This document shows, piece by piece, positions 10,321 through 23,400 of a DNA stretch of 64,000 nucleotides. Position 1 is the stretch's first letter, and each line of letters opens with the position of its first letter. The stretch comes from Botryllus schlosseri. Taxonomy: Eukaryota. The notes below the pieces were generated by a model. The model was not told where the DNA came from. It ran no database searches and was given only the letters and a program-made list of their open reading frames with translations. Location of the stretch: assembly GCA_051294905.1 (NCBI GenBank), contig CM119386.1, forward strand, positions 13,764,001 to 13,828,000, given 5' to 3'. The position numbers were made by a program, and so were the translations under genes.

Positions 10321-12320
10321 ATGTAAGTAGTTGTGAAAGCGATCGTTCGCTTGGATTGTAAAAAAGGTGCAAATTGAGCTATGCGAAAGGTGTCGAGCTT
10401 GATTCATATTGATGCATACCAGGAGGTATTCAATTTTCGACAGCATAAGCAACCGTCAGCATCGTGGGATGAAAATGATATGGATTGATATGGAAATGCG
10501 ATACTATAATCCTCTGTTTAATCGAACATTACGCTATAGAAAATATCATGGTTTGGCGCATTCCCCCCAATTATAAGGCCCGTAGTTTAGTCGAAGAGCA
10601 ATGCGGTGAAGTTGTATAGGATACGCTGTGAACACTGTACCACGATTAGTAAAGCGTTATTTAATAAAAAATATGATGGGTCGTAAAAATACCGTATTGT
10701 GTAGCTTATTTTCGGAAATTAAAGGCATTACTACACTTGCTTTTATAGCCTAGGCCTACTTAAACATGTCTGTTATCGAGACAAAAGACCTGATATTTAT
10801 TAGACCTCAGAGTAGCCTATATGATATTGATGGGAATTGAAAGTGAAATATAAATAGTAGGCCTACTTCTAAAAGCGGAATTTGTATTTCATGTCTAAAG
10901 ACAAAATGTTTCAGATGTGGTATGCTAAAACAGCTATAAAACTAAAAAAAGTCAGAGTTTACTTTTCCAGATTAGGACACGCCATGGACTGCTAGATTAC
11001 GATATGATAAGTGAATGCTAGATTGTTAAATATCAGTTTCAAGCGTTATGATGAGCCATATATACTGTGGTGAAATATTTCATATGGGCGAAGGGCGACA
11101 ATGCGGTGTGAACGGAACCACGCCAACCCGCTACCCTAAATTATACACGCCGATACTTTCGTGAAATCATTCTGGATGCTTCGTATCCACTGAAAGCGAA
11201 GCACGACGAAAATTCTAGGCTTTAGTCAACTTTTATGAAAATCAAATGTTGATAATCCGTGAAAACAGCCCCGAAATTCCTCATGCTGTCTTCCTGATTG
11301 AGAGATTAAACTACTTCTACTTGACAAACTGAAAATAACGAAAAAAATGAGTAAGTAGATCACAAAATTTCACGAAGTAGAAGTAGCGAAAATCATATCT
11401 ACTTGAGGAAGTACTAGAAGTAGAGGAAAACTACTTGAGCACTTGGATAAAGTATAAGTACTTCATTACTGACCACCTCTGCCCATTTCTATAAATCTTG
11501 CGTATTTTTCTTGGGGGAAGAGTAGGCTACCCCAAAATCATTAAGATACTCGGCAACTTTGAAATCGCGCAAAGCGCGCAAATTTTTTGAAAAAGTTGCT
11601 AAATTTTCAAAAAATACTCTATAAGTCATGCTAATTCACGAAATAATTTTGGGCCCCCTTCGAGCTCGCCTCCCCCCAATTGGGGGGTTTAGGGTGCGCC
11701 AGTTACGGTCCTGTGCCCGATGTCACAGTTCTTTTTCGATTTTTATCGTTAGAAGCCCCGGCCCTTTCTAGTTCTTTCCATCCCTTGTGAGCGCTTTTTT
11801 CTCATTCGAACAGTGTTATATCGTACACCAGGACGAGGTGGATGTGTGATTGCGTGACTGTACGTCGTTTCAAAATCCTCCTGTCCGTGTTCATGACTTC
11901 GCATTGTGTGTTGTCTATCGCATTTGACGTAAATTGTGTCGTGAGCTCGATGGTTGAGATGATGGAAATATAAAGCTTATGATCATTACGACCTTTCAGT
12001 CAGCAATGGTCAATGGGCACTTTGACCATCAGTGTGGTATTGCGTGATTGATTAACTTGGTTCATTACTAATTTACTCATTTGAAAACATCACAATAATG
12101 CGATAAAACGAACAGGCTATCGTTGTCGAACCATACTAAATACAGCTTTGTTCAGGGATCCACTGGCACTGAGCTAAGAAATGAACTGCGGGTTGGTCAC
12201 TGCTCATTTTCTCAAGCTCGTACATTTGGGTTATTGAGCTCATTGGTCGAAAATGCTGAACTCACTTACTCGTGAGTCTGGAAATAAGAGCGACCCGAAC
12301 GCTACTGAACTGATGAATAC

Positions 12321-13061
12321 TAGGGCTACCATATTTTTGGAATCTGAAAAGAGGACACTTGTTCAAAATTTCCAGACTTACAATACCGGAGTAAAATCCG
12401 AAAAAATTGGTAAATTTATGTCGTCTTTCCGACTCGACTCCCAAAATACCCACTTCGTTAAAATGTTCGTCTTTCTGGGTCAACTCCCGCAAAACTCGCC
12501 GGGCCGTTACGTGAGTACTGACTACTGATTTCCTAAATCTCAGTCCGATTTCCGGATACATTTAATCAACATTTTCAAAAAAGAGGACATATAGATTCTC
12601 AAAAAAAGAGGACATTTGGGCGGCCTCCGAGGACACTTTCATCATAGCCTTTATATGAAAGGACGTAGTTTATTTTTGTCCTTGATGTTTTTTGCGGCAT
12701 ATATACCGACTCATGATACACATACACACGATCTGTCCATACGCATACCACGAGTGCATGATGTGCATATGTCGCTGGACATGGACAAGGAAGTGCAGAT
12801 ATAGCCTTTACGGCTTCTCAAGTCATGCACCACCCCTCCATGCTATCCCAGTAATGCATGAGCGCCAAGCATGGAAGTCATGGATACCAGTGTTACTAAT
12901 CAGGTCTTTGGTCTGACCCGGCCGGGGATCGAACCCACGACCTACCGACCAAGAAGCCGGACGCTTCACCATTACGCTATCTTGTCGGTATAAAGACTAT
13001 GCTTTCATAAAAGTAAAAAATGAGGACAAATCCTCTTAAAAGAGGACTATTGGTAACCCTA
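12321..13061. mobile_element. hAT-type MITE with GAGGAC motifs, interrupted by a SINE
   Basis: TAGGGCTACCA...TGGTAACCCTA TIR; 7/8 TSD (A/C)TGAATAC. A related right end lies at ~8770-8883. Confidence 0.8.
12650..12988 (-). mobile_element. tRNA-derived SINE
   Basis: Minus strand head has A box TAGCGTAATGG and B box GGTTCGATCC, followed by gggtcagaccaaagacc and a body shared with the copy at 21.4-21.7 kb. Confidence 0.85.
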
Positions 13062-14481
13062 CTGAATACTAACCTCATCCGAATATTAACTCCTTAGTAA
13101 TTACGTTCTTACTGACGCAGTTCCCTTTGAGGTGAATCCGAGATTAGTAGGCAATAGGGATTTGGACCTGAAATTGACCAAAACAATTTTAGTAATATTC
13201 GGATTACCGTCGAACGTTTATTGATCTCGTCAAACATCACAAGATTCTTGTCTTGTCACAGACATGAAACAGCCTAGTGAAATCAATGAATTGAACGAGA
13301 ACACCAACATCAGATTGATTTTTGTATCCGCTAACAAAGAGCAAGAGAACATCGGGTATACTCGGAGATCGAGTTTCTATGATTGAAATGCGGTTCCACT
13401 CCGGTTCTACTCCCGAATCCTATTTCCATTGTATGCGTTGATTGCGTTCGCGAGTGCATTGCAGTGCAGAGTCAAGTGCGATGTTGCAGCTCATCGTATT
13501 AGTCACATATTTGCAGGGTTCATACAATTGCTGTTGCCTGCGGTAATAGGGTTTCGCATAGTTTCAGTACATAGTTTACGGATCGATTGATGATGAATAC
13601 GGATTGTATCCAACTGTAGCCAGTACCCATGGCATCTATAGGGTGAGGCTTGGCTTCTGTTACATCTATGGCCTCCCGCCTATACCTTGTTTATCTCATC
13701 TGTACATTATATTCCGCACAGCTGTATTTTTGCTGTATGTATTATGGATTTGCACGTTTGACAAATAGAGACTTCTCTTATATGCATGCTATGCAGCCAC
13801 CGAGAGTACAGGCCAGGCCTGCAAGTAAATGCATGATTCGGGACTAAAGTAGCTATGAATCGGAACTTCAAAAGCATCATACATATCTACTGTTTGGATA
13901 TATTTCGTTTTAACATCACTGAGCAGTCTGAGCTGAGAACTGCAGGCAGAGGATAAAATCCTGAACCTGTTAAAGCTAATGCTTTCACTTGAACTGTGTG
14001 CTAAAGTGGTTTTGTCAGAATTGTGTAGGTACCCACTATGGTTTCATCCCCATTCATAGAAGCGTAGTCCTTTAATGAATTGAAATTTGTAGCATTTTAA
14101 GATTTTTGTAATGTACACACGCCCTTAATTACTGATGGCTGATCTAATTTTAAATGCGGACTTCCACGCGCCGTGGTTAGGTGGAGACAGCACTATCTGT
14201 GTGATTGCCTGTATGGAGTGTCTGACTCTAAAATTCATGATCTTTTTGCTTTACATTTCATTTATGAGAATATTTTCTTTGATAATTTATGTTTTCAGAA
14301 TTTTTACCTCGTAAGTTTTTCATTAGTTTTCTACTTGATTAATGGACCTTTCAAAGGCAATAACATAAGATTTTTGCTGGACTGTACAGCTGATATCGGG
14401 TGTCATATCTGCTTGGATCCCAACATACATTGGAATGTTATAACATTTATGTCAATATCTGAGTGAAAATTTGGCAACGCA

Positions 14482-17400
14482 ATGGATTTTATGCGAAAAT
14501 TAGTTCGCGGTAGCACATTGAGTGTGAGTATGCCTGCTTTGTGTGCCTTATTTGAGGAAAAACTTGCTGACAATGTGTTTTACAGTCGTCTCCGGCAATG
14601 CCGTCTAGTCACGACAACACTTTTCAACTTCTGACTTTGCGGCGTAAATTTCTGGAGATCAGCCATTCTCAAAGGCCTAACACATCTAAAGAAGTGGAGG
14701 AAAAATTATACTCCATGCTTACACTGTTTCATGAGGTAAAGATCTACAGAGCATATATCTCTTGCTCTATTTTGCCTAGCAGAAAAATGGTAACGTATGT
14801 AATGTTGCTGGTTGTGGTATTTTCCGTCCTAACTTGACAATGACTCTGACGCCTACCTTTGGTTTGTGACATGGTTTTATTCGAGATATTAAGAATTCTT
14901 GATGTTTATAACAAAATTTAATGACCAAATGGGCGATATGATGATATTAGTATAAAAATTGTGTATATAAGCGGTGCATAAATGATTCTAAAACAAATTT
15001 GGTACCGTATCAGCTGGAAACATGAATGCAGCACTAGTTCCTATGCCAATTCCTGCATCATATGACTTTACTGCATGAATTATTTCTCAAACACTGCTGA
15101 CAATCAGCTTTCATATACGGGAGCAAGCACATTAATGTAGTCTTGATACCAATTTTGCTTCAATTTCAGGTGTTCATTAATGCACCGCCGCAAAGCATGC
15201 GCGAAAAGTTTGGGGATGTAGTTCCTTTCGCAAATCAGGTATGAAATTTGACTGAAGTTATCTGTGGTAAATTCTATAACTTGTAACTATCCAATGTTTA
15301 GGTTTCTAAACTGATGGTAACGGAAATTCGACGAAGAGCTTCGGACAAGTCTACGGAAGAGGCTAGTTTGGCTATCACGGAATTTCTACTTGTGCATGAC
15401 TCAGAAGAATCCAGTAGAGGCTGGATTCTATTGAATTCACTATGTCTTTTATCAACAGGCAGTCAGGTTAGAAAATTTCAAGCACCTTTAATGATCGCTT
15501 ACAATGTACATTTAGGTAAAACTCCATGTATAAAACGAGAATACTGTACTGTGTTGGTAGGAAACCTAAGCAAAAATGCCAGGCAATAAATGTTTGTTGT
15601 GTAAAATGGTATCATATTATCTTGAGAGCCGTCAATAGCAATCCTACAGTGTATGTGTGTTTAGTATGCAGAACGTGAGAAAATGAATGAAGATTAGTAC
15701 TTTTGCGATGACCAGGCAGCATTCATAAGAAATAGACCCATTCGTGATAATTGATTGTTGGTCATTGGAGTGTCATTTTTAGCCTATCCTAATCCTTGAT
15801 CAATCCCTTACACTTATTGACGTGCGTGTGTAGGTCCATGATAGTATCATATCTAAACCGCATCCAGACTTTATAACATTTTGTTGAAAAATAGTATTGG
15901 TATGGATTAAATCGATTACATGGTTGATTAGATGGAAAAATAATATATTAGGCCTCTGTTACAATGTTAAAGGGAAGCAGTTTGAAATAGTTCAGCATTG
16001 AAGTTGTCACTGTGATATTATTCTTGGTGGTCAAGTTTTACTAGTATTTCTCTGGTTTCTGATAATGGGACCATCAGAAGGTGATATACGTAGCAACGCT
16101 AAAGAGAAACACCTAGGACAACATCTAATTTCACACTATTTTCGGAATATAGATATGTGTAGGCCTACCTAGCATGTCGAAAGCAATGCCAATTTTTTGT
16201 TGTTATGGTGCTTCGAGTTATCACTTTTCTATTATCTAATTAACAGAAGATTGAAAACATTAGCTTCAAATATGGATCATATACTACCATGTCGTCTTAT
16301 AATGTCCATCAAACTATGTTAAATGTGTTCGCATAATGATAGAAATCAAATGGCTTGTTGCTCAAAATATTTCTTCCATTCGTTCGATTGCACTATTGAG
16401 CAGCGAGATCTATGACTTCAATGTCCATCCATTATTTATATTGAACCAGTTGGTTGTTTTTAGCATCCTAAAGGCAACCAGCTCGTGTTGCTCGAATGAT
16501 CTCAATGTCAAAATGATAGTGGTCTGTTGCGTCTGACACTACATCACTCTCTAAGTCGAAATAACTCAAGTCACCGTGTTGAGAGTGACTCGCAGATAGG
16601 ATACACTTCATCTGTCAAAACTTGCTACTTGCTAGACTATAAAGTTTATACTGTTCATGTACAAGTTACTTTCATCTCAGTCAGACCATTGGTATTGCAT
16701 CTTTGTCAAAAATATACTGAGCCTATGGAGTGGGCCAATGAAATTAAATTTATTTCAAGTGAAGATCTGTTTTTACAAGCATTCATGGTCCACTGAGCCT
16801 TTATTCAATACAGTGGCTTACAGTGTCCTATGCATTGGTATAGAAATAGGTCAATAAAGCCATAGGCCTGTATACTGTAAATCCCCCATAAAAAAATCCA
16901 CCTCCAAGCAATATCAAGATACGCGCCATAACTATTATGCAGTGCACTAACTAACAACACCCACAAGCTGTTGATTGCATTCACAATGCTGCATATTTAT
17001 CAGAGAACGTCATGCATATATTGAAAATGGCTGTAACACAGTTAAGAATCTAAATACCGTGTTTTGTTTTATGAATATGGAACAAATCTATTTGTATTTG
17101 CAGTTTTCAATCAGCTTTAATTTTCTCTATTACATTCTTTTGTAGAGTATTGTGGACTGTATGACTGCCACACACCTCCCGTCAACCCTGGTAAGGTGCT
17201 TGTATCTCTTCTTTGACCTGCCTGCCGTGGCGGATGCCGGGGGAGAAGATGTGACGCGTCCCACAATTCCCAAGCCGCCCGCTAAAGATACCGTTTCGCC
17301 ACCTTCCTCACCTGCCGCTAGTGACCAAGGGGTGAAGTCTAGGTCTGCCACGCAACGACCCGTCAGTGACAAGAAGATTGAGAAGGGAAGTTTGATCGAT

Positions 17401-20400
17401 TTAGCAAACGCGAGTGACTTGGAGAAACGCAGACAGCTTCATAAAATTTTTGTACGGGTATGTATTTTTAAGCGTTTTGTCGCTTGTTTTTCTGGCAAGG
17501 AGTTTCCGCCCCCCATCGAACAGTTGTGATATGACCGTTAAAATCAGTACTGAAAAGAGCACAGATTCACAAGAGTAGGCCCGCAGCTATTTTGTTTCTT
17601 ATGATCTATCACACAGGAGTATCAGATATTGTATAAAGCCAATGATTATTCCATAAGTAGCTAAAATCACTAGGAGGCTTACAATATGTGTGTGAGTGTA
17701 ACAGCCCACTCTGTTTTGCTTTTCATATTTAATGTAGGTAGTTACTAATTTGATCAAATGTTCGTAAGCCAAGCTCCAAGCTATCTGTGAAACACGAGAC
17801 CCGACCATTTTTCTGCATTGCAGACATGCTATCATTTCACATGCAGCCTAACGTAAACACTTGGATGTAAGGCGCGCGAATAACATGTCGGCAAATTTTG
17901 TACACCACACTTGAAAAATTTGCGCTAATCCAATGACACTAAACGTAAGGATATGTGCAGTGAATAGAAAAAATGATAGTTTGAAAAAATGGAAATCATT
18001 GCACAATATAAACGCATCTGTTCCAGAGATGTTAACTTGACAAAGATGTGTTAGATACATGAACAACTTGGCATGTTTATCTGCATGCAAGTAACATCTA
18101 TTGTGCTACATTTCAGCTGATGCCAATCACACTGCTACTAGGTTGATTTGAACCCAACTATTTGTTATTCTTCAATCTGTGTCACCATGTAGCCTGCACT
18201 GCGTGGATATGATGAATCATAGATTTTGATTTGCAGACGTTAGTACGACTATGCAAGCACATGTCTCCATCTGAAGAATTGTCGCAGCGAGATGACTTAA
18301 ACCTGTTATTTTCCGCTGTCACTTCTTGGTGTCCGTCCCATAACGTGTCATGGCGGCAAGCGGCCGTCGAAGTACTCGGTGTCATTTCGAGGCACGGACT
18401 GAGCCACAATGTTGTGGAATATATACGAAGTGGGTATATTAAGTTAATATTTTATTTTCATGACAAATCTGATGTGTTGCTGGTCTTTTAAAATTGTGCG
18501 TGTCGTAATCACATTCTCTCCGCATTATGTAAAGAAAAATAGGCTGATCTGAAAAAATTATAACCCCCATTAACGTATTACCTGTCATTGCAGGCTTTAT
18601 CAAGAGAGCCAACTGAGTTGTTGTCTATTGCTGATGTACCTTAGGTCCATAGTTTTCTTGAGCAAATTGTTTGTGCCTCACAATTTCCAATATTTGCCGT
18701 AGCGATATTCCTGTTTATTACGGATCAGTCATGTTAGTCAGCCAAGAGCGAATAGTTTTGTCATTTGTCTTGTATCACGCTAAAAAGATTTATATAATAT
18801 AATACGTTGTTATCATTTTCAAAGAATCGCACATTGCAAACTAAGTCCAACAATTGCAAGGCGTTAATGTTACTTGTATTAGTAATGGCGGATGAACTTG
18901 ATGTGACTCAGCTTTTACTGCTCTCTTGAGTGTCTTTAAATTCCAATTTTAGTATAACAAAGTCCAATTTACTTCTTTGCTGGTAGTGGCCTCGCATGGC
19001 GAGACACTAAACAGCCATTATAGAGTGACGTTGTGATTCTAATTCTTCAAACCTTGTGGACGTGTGTTTGATTCCTCTGCTGTTATAAACGTTGGGCCCG
19101 TTGGATTTAGTTCAGTTAATGTCATAGAGCGTATTCTGATAAAATGTAAGTGCTTTTTAGGATGGTTCTGGCATTATGTTATCTTGAATTCTTTTGCTGT
19201 TGTGTTTTGTTCCAACTACCTCTGTAGAAGCAGCTCATTCGTGGTTACATGCTGATATTTTGCATAGGAGTGAATTCTTTCCTTGAAAATGTTTGCAATT
19301 TTCCAATGTCCATTTTTATCACGATTCTCTAAAACATTTTTTAAACCCCTTCCATGGCTGTAAACTTCATTGTGATTCGTCTCAACAAACTACTTGACAT
19401 GTTGTGGAAAAACGATATCAGGCAAGAGTGTCATCTTTAATTGTGTTTTACGGTGTAATTGAACTGTTGTCTGACTTGTTTTTGAGGCTCTACTCTGGAT
19501 TATCTACTTGAATAGGGTTTGCTAAATGACTAATTTGCCAGTTGTATGATAACGTAATGGTAACTTGTGCTTATGTGTGTTGTAAAAATTCAGTTTGAGC
19601 TATATATTTTAGTGCTGTGGTCAGTTTCCTGTTATTTGTATCTTCTCGATAAACCTTGGTTTCCTTTTTATATGATCGAATCGGCTGCGTTATTAGTTTC
19701 GCACATTGGACCCAGTTTCCGTCAGTCACCAATATGTCGCATACAGTTCCATAGGCCTATACTCGATTTCAGATTCAATTCAGATTTTTCCATTTCTGTT
19801 GTAGGCCTTCATTTCGTTGTGTTCAGCAGTAGCACGAGATATGAGGATCATCACATAATCTGATTTGTAGCACAATACCATTCCCACCGGCAGTCATTAT
19901 AGGCAATACTTCTACTGCATAAGGCTCGAGGGTTGATTAATATTAATACGCGTGAAGCAATTCTTGCATTGCTATCAAAGCAAAATCTTTTGATAAACAG
20001 TTTCACATTTTACATTCCTTGTTTCTTCATCTGCGATTGACTGATGTTCAAAGTATCTGCATGATAACTGATAAACAGTAAAGTTAGTTGCCAATCGGAC
20101 AATTTTTAAATACGTAAACTGCCATAATATAGGAATAATAGGATAGTTTTGCGGTTTAGTAAACAAATCTGATAAAAATTAAGGGTAATTTAGAGTTTTA
20201 AAAGAAATTTTCACATTTTTCACACATTTTCAGGTGCCTGCAATAATGAATGTATAATATATTGATACAGAAATAAAACCAAATATTTTCGGCTACACTT
20301 GTCACCGTTAACAGCAACTTGTATAGATTTATATAGAACATTGTATATCAATTGACTGACCCTGACTCCTTGGGGAGTGTCCGCCCAAAATATTCTGGTT

Positions 20401-23400
20401 GATTGTTGTTATATAATGTTATTTCTAATTCTCTACTAGTTGCTGACCTGACGAGTGTTGACTGTAAACAATCTGGTTTGTTTGAATATTAATACATTAT
20501 TTTATTGTATATTGAAGTTCTCTACCTCTCACAGTCTCTTCAATTAATTAATTAAATTATGTCTAGGATGAGAGTGAGTATCCAGGCCATTGGGTATCAT
20601 ACTTGTGTGTACTCTACCTATATTCATAAAAACCCGGATGTGCCACTTCACTGTAATCTAAGATAAATTCTGTGGTCAAGTTCGGTGCCTCACCCATCGC
20701 ATGTTTCCTACTGTGCTGTGCAATGACACCAACATTTCATCATTGCAGACAAGAAGTGCATAGCAGGTGCCGTCGACAATCTTCGGCGGTCCATGCTCAG
20801 CTCCATGAATACTCTCGTCGGAGAGCCTCTGACAACGGGAAATCCCGACAGCGAAATGAGCGAATTGGAACTCGTCCAAGGCTTGGTGTGTATTGTGAGA
20901 TTCATTCGCGACACGGCCGAAGTGACTCAGATGATACTGGACGATTTCAAACAATGCAACGGTTATGGATTTCTTATTGAATTTCTCTTGAGGTAATGTA
21001 CCGTGTGGTATGCATCAGTTTCATACCGACTGCTATCTGCATTATTGACGTTATGCATCGTTATTTTGAGTATGATGATGTAACCTTGTGGCCTGATCAA
21101 GTCCTGTAAAAAACCACAAAATTGATTTTGATTGTTCGGTTTCTTTTGTGGCAACTGCGACTTAACTGTTTGCTAGGCTCTCCGCCAAATGTCATTATGT
21201 TGTATTGTGGAAATCCAATTTAATTTATTTAAAAAGCTTGGATTTCATATATAGCAGGTCTTAAATGAGTGATGGCTACCTTTAAAAAACAATATGGTGC
21301 ACCACCATGCCGTGGCTTTGCGCGTTACAGCACCTTAACGGGGCAGATGAAAACACAATCATCATTCATTTGCGGTTAATAAGGCTAAATAACTGAAATA
21401 GGACGTAGCATATTTTTGTCCTTGAGGTTTTTGCGACATTTACATCGACTCATGATATACATACACACGATATCTGCTTATGCAAATCATAAGTGCATGA
21501 TGTGCACAAGGAAGGAAAAGTAAGATGCAGATATCGCCTTGTAAGGTTTTCCAAGTCTTGCATTGTACTGAATGTACTCCAGTATTGCTGAGCCATGGAC
21601 ACCGGTGTTACTAATCAGGTCTTTGGTCTGACCCGGCCGGGGATGGAACCCACGAGCTACCGATCAAGAAGCTGGACACTTCACCATTACGCTATCTTGT
21701 CGGCCAAGCTTGGCATGGCTCTGTATTACACAGCAGATGAATATATTTATACATACTTGGAGGTGATCAGTAACTTCCTCTTAAGGGGGGATACTCAATA
21801 TGTTTTGCCCACTTGTACTGTTTGCTCAGTTCGTTTTGTTTTGAGAATACTTACACTTCTACTCAGCAGTTTTTCCATCAAAACTACTTACTTTTTGTAC
21901 CCTGCAATTTAGAGAGTGACCAACTTAACTCGGCAAAATCTACTTTTGGAAACTACTTGAGTAGGCTACTTTCTAGATCTTCGTGCTCCACTTTCGCTGC
22001 TATTAGTTTTGACGTGTCTTTTTCTACTTCTACTTGTAATTGAGTAGAAATTGAAGACGTGACTGCTACTTTACTTCAGTAGCAACACTGGCTATTTTTA
22101 CCACCTCTGTTGGATTATCGAATCAGACCTTTAATGCATCGATAAGATTCCACTGCCTTTCCTGTAGCTATAAGCTCGACTGTGTTGTGCCGTGTCGTGA
22201 TCTCGTACAGATAGATTGGTTTTGAAATTCTCAATCACGGCAACTGTATGTAGGCTTTGATGACATGTTGAAACATGAGCTTACTCGGTGACTTAGCGTT
22301 ATTTTGTGCCATTTTCCACCTCATAAGCTTAGGTATGAGTCTAGTCATGACGCGATTTCCTGTTACAATCCCGCACCTATTTCCAGGCTAGAGCTGCTGG
22401 CCGAGGGCAGCGTTGTGCACCATGAAGCGACCAGGAGCATTGTCAGCAACTTGGAGATTTTGGCGACGTCGGGCTTTCTAGAACTGCCAGCCAGATCCGC
22501 GATACAAGCGTCACCGTTTCAAACTGAGTTTCGCGTGCCAAAGCCGATAGGGAAAGGTAGGGTTCAGATTTAAGAGTGTTTTGATATAGGAGTTTGTCAT
22601 TGAGAGCTTGTCTGCTATTACTGGAGTTTAACGTTCAACTTTCATGTAGTTTTTCACCTCGAATCATTACTTTCAGTCATCAGTTTATAATTAGTCTTTA
22701 TCTTCCTGATGGGCAGACTGGGACAACTAAAAAATTTTCAGCCTTTCTAAATTAAATTAGAATTATATTTGTATAGTTTTTTCCAATATACAGTAGCTAG
22801 AATTGTCTGGTTGTCCAAGTCTGCCGATGGGTGTGTGGATGTCGTTACAGTTTATGGTTAATGGAACCCTAAAAATGATTTATGCTTGCAACATGTGTAA
22901 TTGCTAACTAAAAGGTAGTCGTGTGTTTCTGATGACTGTAAATAAATGATTGGTACCTCTCAGATTTTGTGAATATTCGTCATAGGTTATACCATATAGT
23001 GTTAGTGTGGTTTGTAACATAGTCTGTGATAATCTGTTAATTATAGACCGCAGTATTGACCAACTGTATAATCGACAGCATTTGTAGCTGAACGTGAATG
23101 AAATTTCGGACATGAGTCTCTTGCAATAGTGTTCAGCTAGTGGGTCTGCACTGTAATAGATATTATACCAGTTATAGGCCTACTTTGATAACATAGTAGC
23201 AGGAGTCCTTCATGGGACATTCATCGCACAGACAGTAGGCACTAAAATATTGGAGGGGCATGGAGTAGGTGCTGATTTAGAGGCTATTCTCCTTCCCAGT
23301 GACCCAAAACAACCTAACTGAAGTATGAGTAGGCACACCATTAGTCGCAGCTCGAGAAGTACATCATTGGATTATTTTGAGTCGTCATTGTTCGAATGGT

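Larger units (their letters stand above)
8100..11481. mobile_element. hAT-type element with AGTAG-rich ends, carrying nested insertions
   Basis: TIR CAGAGGTGGTCA...TGACCACCTCTG; 8-bp TSD CCCATTTC (8092-8099, 11482-11489). Confidence 0.88.

Noticed and set aside
12900-12988. tRNA gene
   Set aside because: A and B boxes are present but there is no complete cloverleaf, and it continues into a body shared with a second copy, so it is a SINE head.
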